Shown here: piece by piece, positions 51,439 through 64,000 of the stretch
How positions within the stretch are numbered: the first letter of the stretch is position 1
Layout of the letters: every line of letters begins with the position of its first letter
Assembly (NCBI GenBank): GCA_003971905.1
Contig: RSEE01000106.1
Span: forward strand, 1 to 64,000
Reading direction: 5' to 3'
Length of the DNA stretch: 64,000 nucleotides
DNA from: Moniliella sp. 'wahieum'
Taxonomy: Eukaryota
The notes under the pieces: generated by a model
Seen by the model: the letters and a program-made list of their open reading frames with translations, nothing else
What the model was told of the DNA's origin: nothing
Database searches by the model: none
Program-made: the position numbers and the translations under genes

Positions 51439-52587
51439 CTACCCCTGGAGCCTGCGGCGTTCCTCCTCGACGCGCTGGTGGAGCATATTGACAGCGATCT
51501 GGATCGCGGCATGGGGGCCCGTGACGGTGACCAAGCGTTCGGCGTCGCCAGAGGGATCGGTGATTTTGATGTGCGTTCCCGACGTTTGCCGAATCTCATT
51601 AATCTTCGCTCCGCCTTTCCCGATCACGGAGCCGACGAGGTCATCGGGGATGTACAGTTGCTGCGTCTGCTGGGCCAGTGTGGGCGGGGGCACAGCAAGG
51701 TTGACGCGCTGTGGCGGCATACCGAATGGCATCCCGACTCCCATTCCCATTCCCATTCCGCCCGGCGCGCCGGTGGAGGCGGGAAGAACGGAGGTGGGAA
51801 CGCGTGTGGCGGAGGCGGGCCGCCCGGCGGCGGTTGGGTCAACGCACCAGGCGCACCAACCGTCCCTGTCCCATTCGCACTCCCACCCGGCGGCGCAAGG
51901 GGGTAGGGGCTATTGGGATTGGGATTGGTACTGGCGTGGTTCGAATTGGGGGTAGGAGTGGAGGTAGTGAGGCCAGGCGCGGATGCGGTGTGCGTCTCGG
52001 CGAGCAGGAGACCAATGTAGTACGTGGCAATGTGCACTGCGTCACCAACACCCGTGATGGAGAGGATATGTTGATTCCCGGCCAAGGGCGTTTCGGAAGG
52101 CTGCACGCGTGCTCCTGAAGCATCTTGAATCGACTTGATCTTGGATCCGGCCTTGCCTACGACCGAACCCATGCGCGTACTGGGCAACACCAAGCGCACC
52201 GTGTACGCGCGCGAGGTAGGCTGAGATGCTCGTGTCGAGCGGCTCGCCATGCACCTGCCGAACCAGCAGACCTAACGCGCGACTCACCGAGTCCAGCATA
52301 CCTGAAACGGTCAACACCCGGTCCGGGTTGCCCGGTACCACCGCCGACAGACGCAAGCGCGCCCCGCTCTCGTGCCGAATCGCACTGATCTGGCTCCCGC
52401 CCTTGCCTAGCACCGCTGCCGCGTCCGAGCAGGGCAGCAGCACACGCAATTGCACAGGAATCTGCCGCGCGTGTTCGGCGGCGGGGGCGGGAGCAGGGGT
52501 GGGGGGTGCAGTGCCGGCGGGGGGGACGGGGGGGGCAGCAGCAGCGGGGGGCGCATCGGGCATGGCTACATCCGGGTGGGCCGACAT
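51439..52587 (-). CDS. Triple KH-domain RNA-binding protein (PCBP/Hek2/Rnc1-like)
   Basis: Three GXXG loops: VLGKGGSQISAIR, VVGKAGSKIKSIQ, VIGKGGAKINEIRQTSG. Confidence 0.9.
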
Positions 52588-53557
52588 GGGGACAAAGGCG
52601 AGACGGGAAGGGGGGTGTGAGGCGGGAGGCCAAGAGTAGGAACGGCGGATGGGATGGGCTGGTGATTACTGGGCTCCCGTCTGCAGGCTGGACGTGCAGG
52701 GCGCGGTGCGTCGAACCCTACAGCTGCTGCCTGCCCAATCGACAATCCAAGCGAGTAAAAATTGCAAACTGCCTGGGGCCTTCGTTTGAAATTTGATGTT
52801 CTGCATCGCATAACCCGTCGTGTGCCAACCCTACAGCCTGTACGTAAGCATCTCCAGCCCAGCCAGTGGGGTTTGTTTCGGCCTGCCTTTGCAGGTTAGG
52901 TGACCGGTGACTAGGACTGAATGCAACACGGGGGACGAGCCAGCGCGCATTCACTGTGCCTGCTACGTCTGTCCACCCTCCTTTGGCCGCGTCGGACGCC
53001 TTGCCGCGCGTCCTGACCCGACTGACCAGACCCAATCCGACGCAGGCCGCTCCGAGCATGGGAGAATCAGACAACGGGAGAATGGAGAACGAGAGAAGGA
53101 GAGGAGAAGAGAATGGCATGTGACATGTGACACGAGCAACCGTCCAACTAAAAAGAGAGCGCAAGTGCAGCAGCGCAAAAAAGACGTGGATGAGCAAGGG
53201 TGGGGTAGGCGAGCGGGAGGGGGGGGCAGAGCAGAGCGGGGGGGAGAAATACATAAGATGCACCAGGAGAAGGGTAAGGCTTAAGGTCGATGGGGGTCGA
53301 TGGTGATAGATGGGGGTAGATGGGGGGGTACCGGGGACCCACCGGCACTGGGTTCCAGAGGAAAGCGTAACGGGATCAACCAAGTGGCCCAAGGGGATTC
53401 GGCAAGCGGCTTCAAAGCTTCAACGTTCATCGTGCGTCGCGCCCAACGCAACGCGACGCAACGCGACGAACCCAGACGAAATGAAAGGAAACGAAATGAA
53501 CCCGAACGAAACAAACAAGTCAAACAAAAGAAAGGGGCACGGTAGGGGGGGGGCAAG

Positions 53558-55534
53558 TTAGCCCGACACGTGCGTCTTGGTGAACGAGTCTCCATCTTCG
53601 TACATGACATGGGCCGCATCGAGCGTGGTCGGACCCGAGCCCATCTCAGGCGACGGCGAGGCGTACATGTGCCTCGCATCAGGGGGGATCGAGGGCGCCA
53701 GTTCCGTCTCGGGCTGCGTGAGCCCAGTCCCAGGCACAGAGACGGACACGGGCAGACCGGCAGCGTGTGGGCCAGGCGTGCTAGGTGCCGTGGGACCGAC
53801 ATGGGTGTGTGGGTAGAATAGGACGCCTGAGGCTCGGCATACGCCTGTCCGGCCACTTGGGTCGCAGGCGTATCGCCTGCCACACCGTACCCGTCCCGAG
53901 ATGGGTAAGGGTAATACGCTTGTGGTGGTGGGTGCGGGGCGGGGGCGCCGTAAGCCCCGCCGAGCTCAGGGTACCCACTTGGCGTCGCGTACCCCCCCTC
54001 GGCAGAAAGTGTGTGGTAGCTATGGCTCTGCGAACCTGATCCTGACCCTGAGGCCGTAACTCCCGTTGCGCCTGCTGCGCCAGCGCCCACGCCAGCCGCA
54101 AGACCGGCACCCGCCGTCGCGGCGCCTCCTGGACCGTGCCCGCCCGCAGGATCGTACAGCGCATAGGGATCGTACCCGTACGGAGCGGCAGGGGAGTCGG
54201 AGTAGGTCATCGAGCCGAGCGGGTTGCCAGGGGACGTGCGACCCGGGGAAGCGTACGCGCCATAGTCGCTGTATGCGCCGTGGGGTCCAGGTCCGAGTTG
54301 CGGGAGCAAGCTGCCCGAGGCGAACCGTGGGTCGGACGTACTTGCGCCACCGGGCCCGCTCATCTCAGGATCTTCCAATGCAAAGTCATCGTCGTCGTCA
54401 TCGTCAAATGGTTGACGGGTCGCTGCTGCACCAGCAGTTGTCGCAGCTACAATGTCTGCGTCCATACGGTGCTGTCGGCGTTTACGCACCAAGAGCCATA
54501 CCAGCAGACCGAGCAGTACGCACGCCACCACGCCCACCGCGGCAAACGTTCCGCCCACAGCGCCGTGGTTGGAGAAGAAGCCGTTGGACGAGGAGCCAGT
54601 CGCGGTGCTCTGCGTGTAAAGCGTGCTGGATGACGTGATGAGCGTCGTGCCGCCATTGTCGAGCGAAGAAGTAATGGTGACCTGTTTGACTGAGGTCACC
54701 ACGCTCTTGCCTGTGCTCGCTGGGCTGCTGCTAGGAATGAGACAAGTCAGAGGGATGAGAGGGCTGCGAAGGAGGCAAGAAAGAAGCAAAGAAACGAAAA
54801 AAAAGAAAAAAAAGAAAAGAAAACGTACCCAGAGGAGTGGGAGGTGGAAGTGACCGTGTCCGTGACAAAGGAAAACTGGAGCTGGTTTCAAACAAGGTGG
54901 ATAGGGACTGATGGGTGGACGTCGGTGCCGCCGGCGTGCTGGTGGAGACAACGACGGTGGTTTGGGTAGGAGCGGCGCTGGTCTCAGAGGGGGTAATGAT
55001 TACCTGGGTGGTGATTGTGCTGCGCGTAACGCCTCCGCCGCCCCCGTTGGACGGGGACGTGGTTGGCGTAGCGCTCGAGGGTGGCGAGGTGGAGGGCGTA
55101 GGCGTAGGCGTAGACGTAGGCGTATTGGGGTTGCCCGTCGAAGTGGGATTGGCCGAGGTGTTGCCTCCGCCATTGTCACTGCCATTGCCCGATGTGGGAC
55201 GGGAGGTGGGCGAGGGATCGGAGGTGGTACCGCCATTGCCGCCACCTCCATTGGTAGTGGTGCCACCCTGGTTGGTGGAGGTGGTACCGCCGCCGCCGTT
55301 GCCACCGTTGCCGCCGGTGGTGGTGCCGCCACTGCCGCCGGGGTCGGAATGGGTGGTGGTTTGGCCGCCGTTGCCGCCAGGGGTGGAAGCGGAGGTGGAG
55401 GGGTCGTCGCCACTGCCGCCCTGGTTGCTGGTGGAGGGGGAGGCGTGGCCAGAGGCAGCGTCGGAGGAGCGGGCCTGGCGGGGGCGGAGTGGGCGCGCGG
55501 GCGGGGCGGGGGTGGCGCGCGCAAGGACAGCCAT
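53558..55534 (-). CDS. Ser/Thr/Gly-rich single-pass surface protein (Mid2/Mtl1-like cell-wall sensor)
   Basis: Mucin-like ectodomain, GFFSNHGAVGGTF + TM (AAVGVVACVLLGLLVWLLV) + RKRR stop-transfer; Tyr/Pro-rich tail; intron ~54733-54898. Confidence 0.75.
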
Positions 55535-56207
55535 GGGCGTGCGGGGCGAAGGAGAAGCAGACGCAGCGGAGGCGGTGGGGGGGGAAGCAGCGCCGGCGGC
55601 CACCAACCACCAACCACCAACCAACAGAAAACAACCCACTCGAGGGGAAAAACAGACGACTGGCGTGTGACATGTGATAGACGCGCACCTGGCCACTCTC
55701 ATCCGCGTCAGACAGACACCGAAAACCGGGGGACCGCCGCTGCAGCGCCCACGGCGCAGGGGGGCAGTGCTCGCGCAGCCACGCGTCGCCTCCGAGCACC
55801 GCCGAGCCAGCCCATATCACATGTCACATTTCAACGTTCAACCGCCTGCACTGCGCCCGTGTGCCTGAGTGTGCGCGTGCCTGGCCTGCGCCCTGCAAGC
55901 TCCAAGCTGCACGGGGGACGGGGGGGCGCACCCTTGTCTCTGTGCTCCGGCATACAGACCCCACCACCAGGGCACCTGGCCAGCGTCACCGGTCGCCCGC
56001 CCCACAGCGGTCCCCCCTTCTGCGTCCGCGGATGCATGGATGCATCCCCCTGGATCTGAGTACGACTGCGACTGTACTGAGTACGCACAGCCAGGATCGG
56101 CGTGTGGGCTGCCCCCACTCTCTCACTCGACGCCCATCCAACATCCCAGTCCCTACTTAGTCCCCGAGGCAGGTTGAACGCGTCACGCTCTAGCACTGTC
56201 CAGACAG

Positions 56208-56246
56208 CAACACAACACAACACAACACAACACAACACAACACAAC
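56208..56246. repeat. (ACAAC)n pentamer microsatellite
   Basis: caacacaacacaacacaacacaacacaacacaacacaac. Confidence 0.85.
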
Positions 56247-57056
56247 GCGTCACGCGCACCTCCAACACCCAGCTTGGCGCCGCGGCCATCCGCAATCCAT
56301 CTCCCATCTTCCATCTTCCTTCTTGGCACCATTCACCACTCTGTCTGAGTCCACACCTCAAGTACTCAGTACTCAGTACTCACCTCAGGCCTCATTCAGG
56401 TTCCAGTCTTCCCATCCATGCTACCAGGGGCAAGCGAGCGGGAAACGACACGAGTACATTAGTTGAGGGGGGTGCGGCAAGGAGCAACAGGCATGCAACG
56501 AGAACAAACACAAGAGGGAGCACATGGAGAGAGGGGGGGAAGACAGGCCAGGCCAGGCCAGGCCAGACAGGATGGATCATGCGTACCACGATTCGATTCG
56601 AGTCGTTCCAGCGACGCGGTAAGCCAAGCCCAGGCAAAGGGAAGCTAAGCAAGGCTGCACAAAACAGCAGGGTGCCGGGTGGCACAAGAGCCTTGAGCTC
56701 AAGCTTGAGCCTGAGCCTGAATCTGAGTCTGAGCCTTGAGCCTTGACCTCAGCCCTGAGCCTCAGGGCTGAGCCTCAGGGCCGACCCAGTCGCACCCACC
56801 GTCCAGCGAGCCCGGCGAGGGGGTAAGGCAGTGCGCCGCCCAGGCGATAAGAATAACGATAACAAGAGGGGGGGGGACAGGGAGACAGGCTGGGGCTGGG
56901 ATCGGGCTCCGACAGGGACGAAGGAACACAGGAGATGACGGGGCGGGTCGGGGGTAGGTAGCGCAGCAAGCAAGCAAGCAAACAAGCAAACAAGCAAGCA
57001 TCGCGGGGTAGGCCGTCCCGTCCCATCCCATACCACCCCATCAGCTCAAGCCAACT

Positions 57057-58983
57057 CTACCCATGCGCTCTCGTCCTGTCTTGGCTACGCCGGGACCGTA
57101 TGGGCTTCCGAGGCGAGGGAAGGTGCGGGCAGGGGCAAGGGGTCGTGGGTGTGGGTGTGGGTGTGGGTTGGCTCGGACGCCAGGTCAGGCACCCTCGGAG
57201 CCGCGGCCGTCGAGCGATTCGGTCAAGTGGGGGATGTGGATGTGGAGGTGGAGGTGAGGGGGGGGCGGAGTGAGGTGGGGAGCCAGAGGGGGTCGGGGTC
57301 GGGGTCGGGGTGGAGGTGGAGGTGGAGGTGGAGGTCGGGTGGGTGCAGCTGGTGGAAGTGGAACTGGTTGAACGAAGTTGACGAGCATGTTCAATGTCAT
57401 GGAGGATATCTTGGAAGCACCATTCGACCGCGTCGGCGGCCCAAAAGTGATCGCAATGTTCTGCCTCGGGCTGGCGTTTCCAGCGGACGAGGCGAACGTG
57501 CGGTTCGTGGTGGTGGATACGATGGATGACAGGCTGGGTCAGCACCAAAAGTCCATGCCGCCAGAAAATATGGAGAGCGGGGGGAAGTCGGGTGTCCACC
57601 AAGGTTCCGAGGTGGGGGGGAGCGCACACCCCCTCGCGGCGAACCCACCGCGCCCAGTCCACCAGTAAATGCTCGCTGCTCAGGGCTGCGGGGCAAAGCG
57701 GAACATTTTAGCCTTGCGCCGCGGGAGCCAATTGGCATCGGTCCATTCGAATAGGAAGGCAAACATTTCGTATCCCAGCAGCGCATACGGTAGCGGGGCG
57801 TCCAATCGTACGAGATGCGCATCAGTGGGATGTAGTCCAGCCAGCCAAACAGCTTGCCCCATGTCGCTGGCCCAACCCGTTGCAGCAACGAGAGCGGGAA
57901 GGATTGCGTCAAGGGGCCCGCGTACAGCGCCGGTGCCAGAGCGGTGAAACTGGACAGATGCCGGCCTAGGCTCGGACAAAACATCCGGCTCAGCGCTAAG
58001 AACATGGTCATGTTGCCCTGCGAATGGCCAATGTAGGCAAGGTGGTCGTACCCTGTATCGGCCCGGATCCAATCCACCAGCGCTGGTAGGTCGTACCGCG
58101 CTAGATCTTCTACTGTCCAGGCCCAGAACTGCGGGTCGGAACGAGAATAGCGTGCCCCATCCCAAACACCGCGCGGTTGTTGCCCAAAAACACTTGGTAC
58201 CCGCCCTGCCGCGCAAGCCAGAACGCAATGCTCCGCTCTTCGCTCGTCACGAACGATCCGGACGATTGGAAGAGACCGTGCATGATCAGGACCGGGTAGC
58301 CGCCTAGAATCGGATAGCATAGCATAGCATAGCACAAACGCACAGGGTAAGCCATCATGAACCAACTGCATGGGCATCTTAGCCCGCCATCCGATCGGGA
58401 GAGAACGCGAACGAGAAAGAGAACGAGAACAAGAACGAGAACGAGAATAGGACAGAGAAGGTCAACGTACCTTGGCCCTTGGCACCCGGCTGCTTTTCCC
58501 CCGCTTGGGTGGGGTCAATGACGCGGTGCAGGCGTAGGTGGAATCCATCCTTGGTGGTGACCGTCTCGTTGACAATGTCAAACCCGCACGAGCGGGCATA
58601 GTACCTCACATCTTTGACAACTTTTCGTCTTTCCAGCGCGCTGGTTGTTCCCACGCCGGGGGGCCGTGCACCTTGCCGGCCGGCAGGTGATCTGACTGGC
58701 GCGCTGTCCTGTCCAGACCCGGGCTGGCAGGTGGGGAGTAGAGGGGAAGAGGAGGAGGAAGGCGTGGACGGGGTGGAAAGCGAGAAGGGAAGTAGGCCAC
58801 GTACGTCCCATGCCGCAGCGAAACGTTCGACCGTACGCGCCAGCAGGGCCCAGACGACAACAAGGATAGAAACAGGGAGGAGACCAGGGTGGCGGCCAGC
58901 TGGGCTGCGACAAAGCGCAGTTTGTGGCCCAACGTCCGATACGGCGGCCGCACCAGTGCTGGCTGGGAAGGGCAGGGGAGCAT
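57057..58983 (-). CDS. Alpha/beta-hydrolase lipase / sterol esterase (TGL1/YEH-like)
   Basis: VTTKDGFHLRLHR, PVLIMHGLFQSS, QVFLGNNR, FWAWTVEDLARYDLPA, GHSQG nucleophile motif, EHCDHFWA; N-terminal TM segment; intron ~58305-58470. Confidence 0.9.
58400..58449. repeat. Intronic imperfect (GAGAAC)n repeat; (GCATA)n nearby at ~58314-58333
   Basis: gagaacgcgaacgagaaagagaacgagaacaagaacgagaacgagaat. Confidence 0.65.
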
Positions 58984-61212
58984 CTGGCGGGATAGGGCGG
59001 CGAGGCGGAAAGGCCCAGCAGCCGAGGGGAGACGGTGGGAAAGGGAAAGGGGGAAGTGAGAAGGCGACAGCAAGTCGTGCTGGGTGTGAGAAATTTCCAG
59101 TGGAGCACCAGCCTAGCCTAAGGCCTAAGGCCTAAAGGCCTAGCCTAGCTGGTAACCTGCCTTGTCGCCGCTGCCAGAGCCTCTGGCCAAAGCAGGGGCG
59201 GGGGAGCACCAGACGAGGCAGGCACAGCAGCGCACTGCCAGCACAGCACACCAGCCCCGTGCCCACGCCGCTTCTGCGCCCCACGCGGCACAGCCCACCG
59301 ACCAACCACATCCCCCCGCCACGGCGTAACTGTCAGGCGCATGACCCATGTCACGTGCCATGTCACATGGCCAGCCCAGCCCACGGCAGCCCCCCTGCGC
59401 TATCATGCAGTACTTGGCATCATCCGTCATGCATCAGCTATCACCGGTCACCCTCTCCATCTTCTCACCCACCGCCTCCGCTGGCCAGGCCAGGCCCTCA
59501 GCGCAACCCATTGGGCTACTCTAGGCGTACGCCATGGGGCCAGTGTCAGACCAGCACTGTAGCCCCCCTGTTCACCCCCCTGTCGATATTATCGCTATCA
59601 AATATCGACTTTTGCCTGGCATTCGATTCCTAGCCGCTTCTGTAACCACGTATACGATCGTGTCCCATCTCCCATCTCCCCTCTCCCATCCCGCTCGAAA
59701 TACATCGCAGCATCGCATTGCCTGCCCCTGGCCCCATCCGGTACGCGCCAGGGTATCGGCACATATCGCAACCGTAGAACCCACCGATCGGTCCGACATG
59801 CTCGAATCATCCTCACGCGCTCTGTTCTCTCCCTCCACAAGGATGTAGCCGACGCTTGGTGTCGACACTGCCGCCTTCTGTGCCCGCCTCGAGTCTTGGG
59901 ACGTGTGTCAGTCCCAGTTTGACGTTTGCCAGCCAGCAACATGGGATGGTGGTCTGGACCGCGGAAGGCTCGAACGTCGAACCTCAACCGTCGAATGACT
60001 CCCTGGTACCAGGTCGAACCTGGCCCGCCCACGCTCATGCTCACGCCCAAGGCCACGGCATGACATTGAATACTGACCTAGCCGCCGAGTCGAGCCACGG
60101 ACGATGTGAACCGTGGGAACGCAGTTAACCCGCTCCCTCTCAGCGTGACAGCCGCAACGCATCGGAGCACGCTCACGGCCCGGGAGAGAGCGGGTGGTCG
60201 GGGCGACAGCGTCCTGTGTACTCGGCCGTACTGAGTCCTGAGGTACTCAGGGAATTCAGTACTGAGTTCTTAGACTGAGGACCGAATACAGGGTTCAGTA
60301 CGACTGAGGACTGAGGACCCAGTGGTGTACCACGTCGTTAGCTCGTACGCGGTGACGCCCGTCGTGGAACATGTGACATGTGCACCGTGGTCCGTGGTGC
60401 CTGCCACGGTCGTCACACGCCACGGTAGTTCCCCTGGGTCGCACACGACACGTACGACATGCCTAGGCGAGTGACAGCCGTAGCAGCCTACGCATCCAAA
60501 AAAAAGAGACTAGCAGACAACTCACTACATGTACGGGAACCAGATGAGGTCAAAGCACAGCTTAGGACAGAGAAGTACAACAAGCATCTTGCCTCCAAGG
60601 CAGACATGCGACGCTGCGTGGCAAGAGAGGACGTGAGGACAGGAGGGAAAAGGGCGAAAGGGGGGGGGGGGGAATAAGGAGTGTGTGTGGGGCAGGGTCA
60701 GAGACGACTTAGCCTACGTGTGGGGGCGAGAGTGAGAGTGGTGAGAGAGGGAAGCTAGACCCAGACAGGGCCTAGACTACAAAGGTGCACTTGCCATGCA
60801 TGCATCGTAATGTCGGGCTGGAAGAGAAAGATGGCTCGTCGCAACGAGACGCGCAAAGAGGGAGACAAACAGGCCACAAGGGCGGATCATCAGATCGGAT
60901 CGGATCGGATGGAACCCAGAGATCCCATAATGCCAGAGAACCCAGAGGACCCAACGATCCAAGCCAGAGAGGGAGGAAGAACGAGGCGGGGCAAGAACAG
61001 GTCGCAGAAGCGGACAAGAGCGGAGCAGGCACCGAGGGAGGATCACGACGACCCTCCCCGACGCATCAAAGAGACCAACGGGCGCAAAGAGACGAAACAG
61101 GGCGCGGAGCCCAATTCGGAAAGACGGAACCAGTAGCGAGTAGCGAGACGGGAGCGGCGGGCAGGAACAAAATTGACAGGGGACCATCGGACAACCTAAA
61201 GGAATGCCACGT

Positions 61213-62683
61213 CTAAGCAGAGGGATACGTAGTGCCCAGGAACGAGGCCAAGTCGGCCAACGAGTCCGGAGTGGCATGGTACGCATGACCCGCGTCGGGC
61301 AAGGTAAATGCGTGGAACATGTCAAAGTTGGTGCTGAGCGGAACCGAGGGACTCGGGGCCATCGCCGTCGGGCTAAACGTGGTGGTGACCACAGGCGAGC
61401 CCGACAAGGGCGAGCCCGTCGAAAGCTCCGTCTGACTAACGGGCGACGTGACGGGCGAAGCAGACACGGGCATCTGCTGGAAAAACATGGCCCCATTCAC
61501 GTCCGTGGGCATGGCAGCCGAGGAGGAAAACGAGCCGGTCGCCCGGTGCCAAACGCATTCGCGTTCGCGGCCGGGATCGGCATGCTCTCCGACTTGGTAA
61601 ACATAGACTGGGAGAACAACGAAGTGCGCTCGTCCGCTGCCGAGGCAACTTCATCAACAGCAAACGCACCTTCGTCGTACTCATCCAGACCAAATCGTCT
61701 CCGGCCAGGTCAAATCCGTCGAGACCGGCAAGGGTGCCACTGCTCTTGCGTCCGACAATGCGGGCGGTGGGCTTGTCCTTCGGAACGTCCGCCAGCGCGA
61801 CAGGGCAGAACAAGGTCAGGAACCGTCTCGACATAGTTTGCAGGCCATTGGCCATACGGTACTCGTTCAACTGCTCCGTCAACACACGTGTGCGGTCGTG
61901 CAGCTCGACGAGCATCTTGCGGTACATTGCCTCCCGGGCCAGTGAGTCGGCGACAAACTGAAGCGAGCGGTTGACAATCAACGACTTGGAAGGACGACGG
62001 ACCTCCGAGATGGCAGGAATCTTGGATGCCAGAACCTGGGGGTAGGAACGAGGGAGGTTAGTGAGCAAATCCGTGCAGACAGGAAAAACCAACGTACCAA
62101 GAAACGCTGATTCAAGCTTTCACGGCGAGCACGCTCAATGGCATTGTGGTTGGCGCGTTCTCCGGGTTGCCCTTGCGCTGCATCACGGCAGCGGTGGCAC
62201 TGCTAACGCGGCGCGGCGGCTTTCGGACGGCCGGCCGCCGGGGGGAGAAGGGTTGCGGCCCGCGGCAATGGCCGCCACGGTGGCCGTCGAAGGAGCCTGC
62301 ATCATCTCTTCGACTGCGGCTGCTGCGGAGCCGCGAAAAAGTGGGGGGAAGTGGGGAGAACAGCCATGGTGGGGAGAGAAGGCAAGAGGAGGGGGAAAGG
62401 AGCAAGAGGGTTGGGTGGAGAGGAGAGGTTCACAAGGGGTCGCTGGAGAGTCGAGGAGTACACCGAGACCAGTCAAGAGATCGTCGCGCCCAAGGGGGAG
62501 ATCAATCTTGCAGTCTTCAAGGTGACGAGGGTTGGGGAAGAGGGAAGGGGGAGGCCGTACTTTGGGGAAAGTCGTCTGCGAGGCGAGGGCGCAGAGCAAG
62601 GGAGAAGAGTTAGCATACAGTGTCGCACGACGGATTGGGCAGGGGCCGTGGTCGTGGCAGTGGCGAACAGCCGCCATGGCCAT
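61213..62683 (-). CDS. bHLH(-zipper) transcription factor (start uncertain)
   Basis: RANHNAIERARRESLNQRFL|VLASKIP..RPSKSLIVNRSLQFV followed by a coiled coil; intron ~62037-62096. Confidence 0.85.
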
Positions 62684-64000
62684 CCATGCTGCCACGCACG
62701 ACCTCCACCGCAGTAGCGTGGGGACGGCACGGACAGCAAGGGCAGCAAGGGCGTCCGGTGCACCGCACCGCCACCAAGCACCGGGGGGGGGGCTACTCAC
62801 GAGCTGGTGGTGAGGAAGGGAGGGGGAGAGGCGGCGTGTGGGCGACGCAAAGGGGGGCAGGGGGCTGGCCTGCGCCGGTGTGCCTCCGGCTGCAGCAGCA
62901 GCAGCGGGGCCGGTTGGCCGCAGCCAGCAGGGGGCGTACGCTGCCCAAGCGCAGCAGCCGGACACTGCGCCTGTGCGCCCCAACGCCCCAACGCACCCGC
63001 AGTGCGCAGACAGTGCCTGGGTGCGCTGGCGCGGGCCGCCGCAGCACGCCCCAGGCTGCCGCAATTCACTCCGTTCGGCCCCAAATGCGCGCGCTGCGCC
63101 TGTCGGGCCAGCATGCCGCACCAGCGCCCTGTTCTCCTTTCCTTTCCGATTCAGAGCTGCGGCCTGGTCCGACCCGGGGGTACACTGGGCTGGTGGCTTG
63201 GGGAGGAGTCAGCCTCGTCAGGCTCTTGCAGGCTCTTGCAGGCACCTGCAGGCACCTGCGGCAGGTACCGCCGCTATCCGGCAGGGCTGCCAGGGGACTG
63301 ACGTTGATGGAACCGGACGAAGAGCAGCAGTGTGGCCGAGGAAGCACGGGGGCAGCATCGCAAAGTTTATCAACGCCACGTTCGGTGATATCGGCAGATG
63401 CTGAATGCGTACGTAGCGACGGCCCAGGCACTGGGCCGCAACCCAGCGCAGTGCGTCTGCAGTGCGAAGGGTGAATGTGAAATTGCATGTGCTGGGGTGT
63501 GCTGGGTGTGCTGGCTGTGCTAGCTGCGCTCGCTGGTACCAGCGCAGTGTCCGCCCGCGGACCGCAAGCCCACGCCAGAGCCCGCCCAGCCGACACGAAC
63601 GCTCTGCGCGGCGCCAACCAGGCATGGCGTGAGTGTGACAGGGGTGCAGCGCACTGTATGTACCTCGGGCGTCCCAGGGAGCTTCCTTGCAAATGGTGCA
63701 CATGTCTGTCGCACGCCATCTGCTGGCGGGGTATCGAGCATCGAGTAGCGCTATCCGGCTATCGATTATCGATTATCGATCGATCATCCACCGCTCAGCG
63801 CTCACCGACCATCCCATGCATTACTAACTCAGCAGCACGCAGTGCGCCCGTGCCTGCCAGGTGCCTGTACACACCGGGTACTGGCAACAGAAGACGGGCA
63901 TAAGCGCTAAGGCTTAGCGCTAAGCCGCTGAACGTTCAAGCTAAACCGACCGCCTCCATGTGATTAATGTGTGATCGCGCTCACTACCTCAGCACTCCGT

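Noticed and set aside
54911..56059. Long Gly/Val-rich + strand ORFs
   Set aside because: Antisense shadows of the Thr/Pro-rich Mid2-like gene
60459..60677. 72-aa basic ORF on +
   Set aside because: No recognisable motif; lies antisense in the probable 3' region of the bHLH gene
1..64000. Secondary-metabolite, defence or mating-type gene cluster; tRNA/rRNA genes
   Set aside because: The genes are functionally unrelated housekeeping loci; I saw no PKS/NRPS, pheromone/homeodomain, cloverleaf or rRNA sequence by eye

Overview
GC-rich, gene-dense, intron-poor eukaryotic DNA, most consistent with a basidiomycete fungus (probably Ustilaginomycotina-like; this is inferred from gene content and GT-AG introns with CTRAC-type branch points). 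Almost every gene, including essential ones (RPS4, NOP56, RRP36), is broken by 1-bp indels. This points to long-read consensus errors, so gene models were stitched across frames by eye and many ends are approximate. Recognisable genes: copper-fist TF, RRP36, an alpha-adaptin ear-only protein, GIS2/CNBP-like zinc knuckle, CHS5, UTR1-like NAD kinase, SET9, RPS4, an mS34-like protein, EPS1-like PDI, CRAL-TRIO protein, NOP56, triple-KH protein, Mid2-like sensor, TGL1/YEH-like lipase and a bHLH TF. The most notable items are: (i) an intronless ~1200-aa gene resembling a Streptomyces/actinobacterial hypothetical family (HGT candidate); (ii) a 1.4-kb non-autonomous LTR element with identical 240-bp LTRs and a 5-bp TSD; (iii) an intronic C/D snoRNA in RPS4 predicted to guide 18S Cm49; (iv) an mS34 domain split by a ~310-aa insertion; (v) a stand-alone alpha-adaptin appendage gene; (vi) a recurring intergenic class of 7-bp-period tandem repeats built from different 6-bp palindromes. 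All family assignments come from motif recognition, not from database searches.
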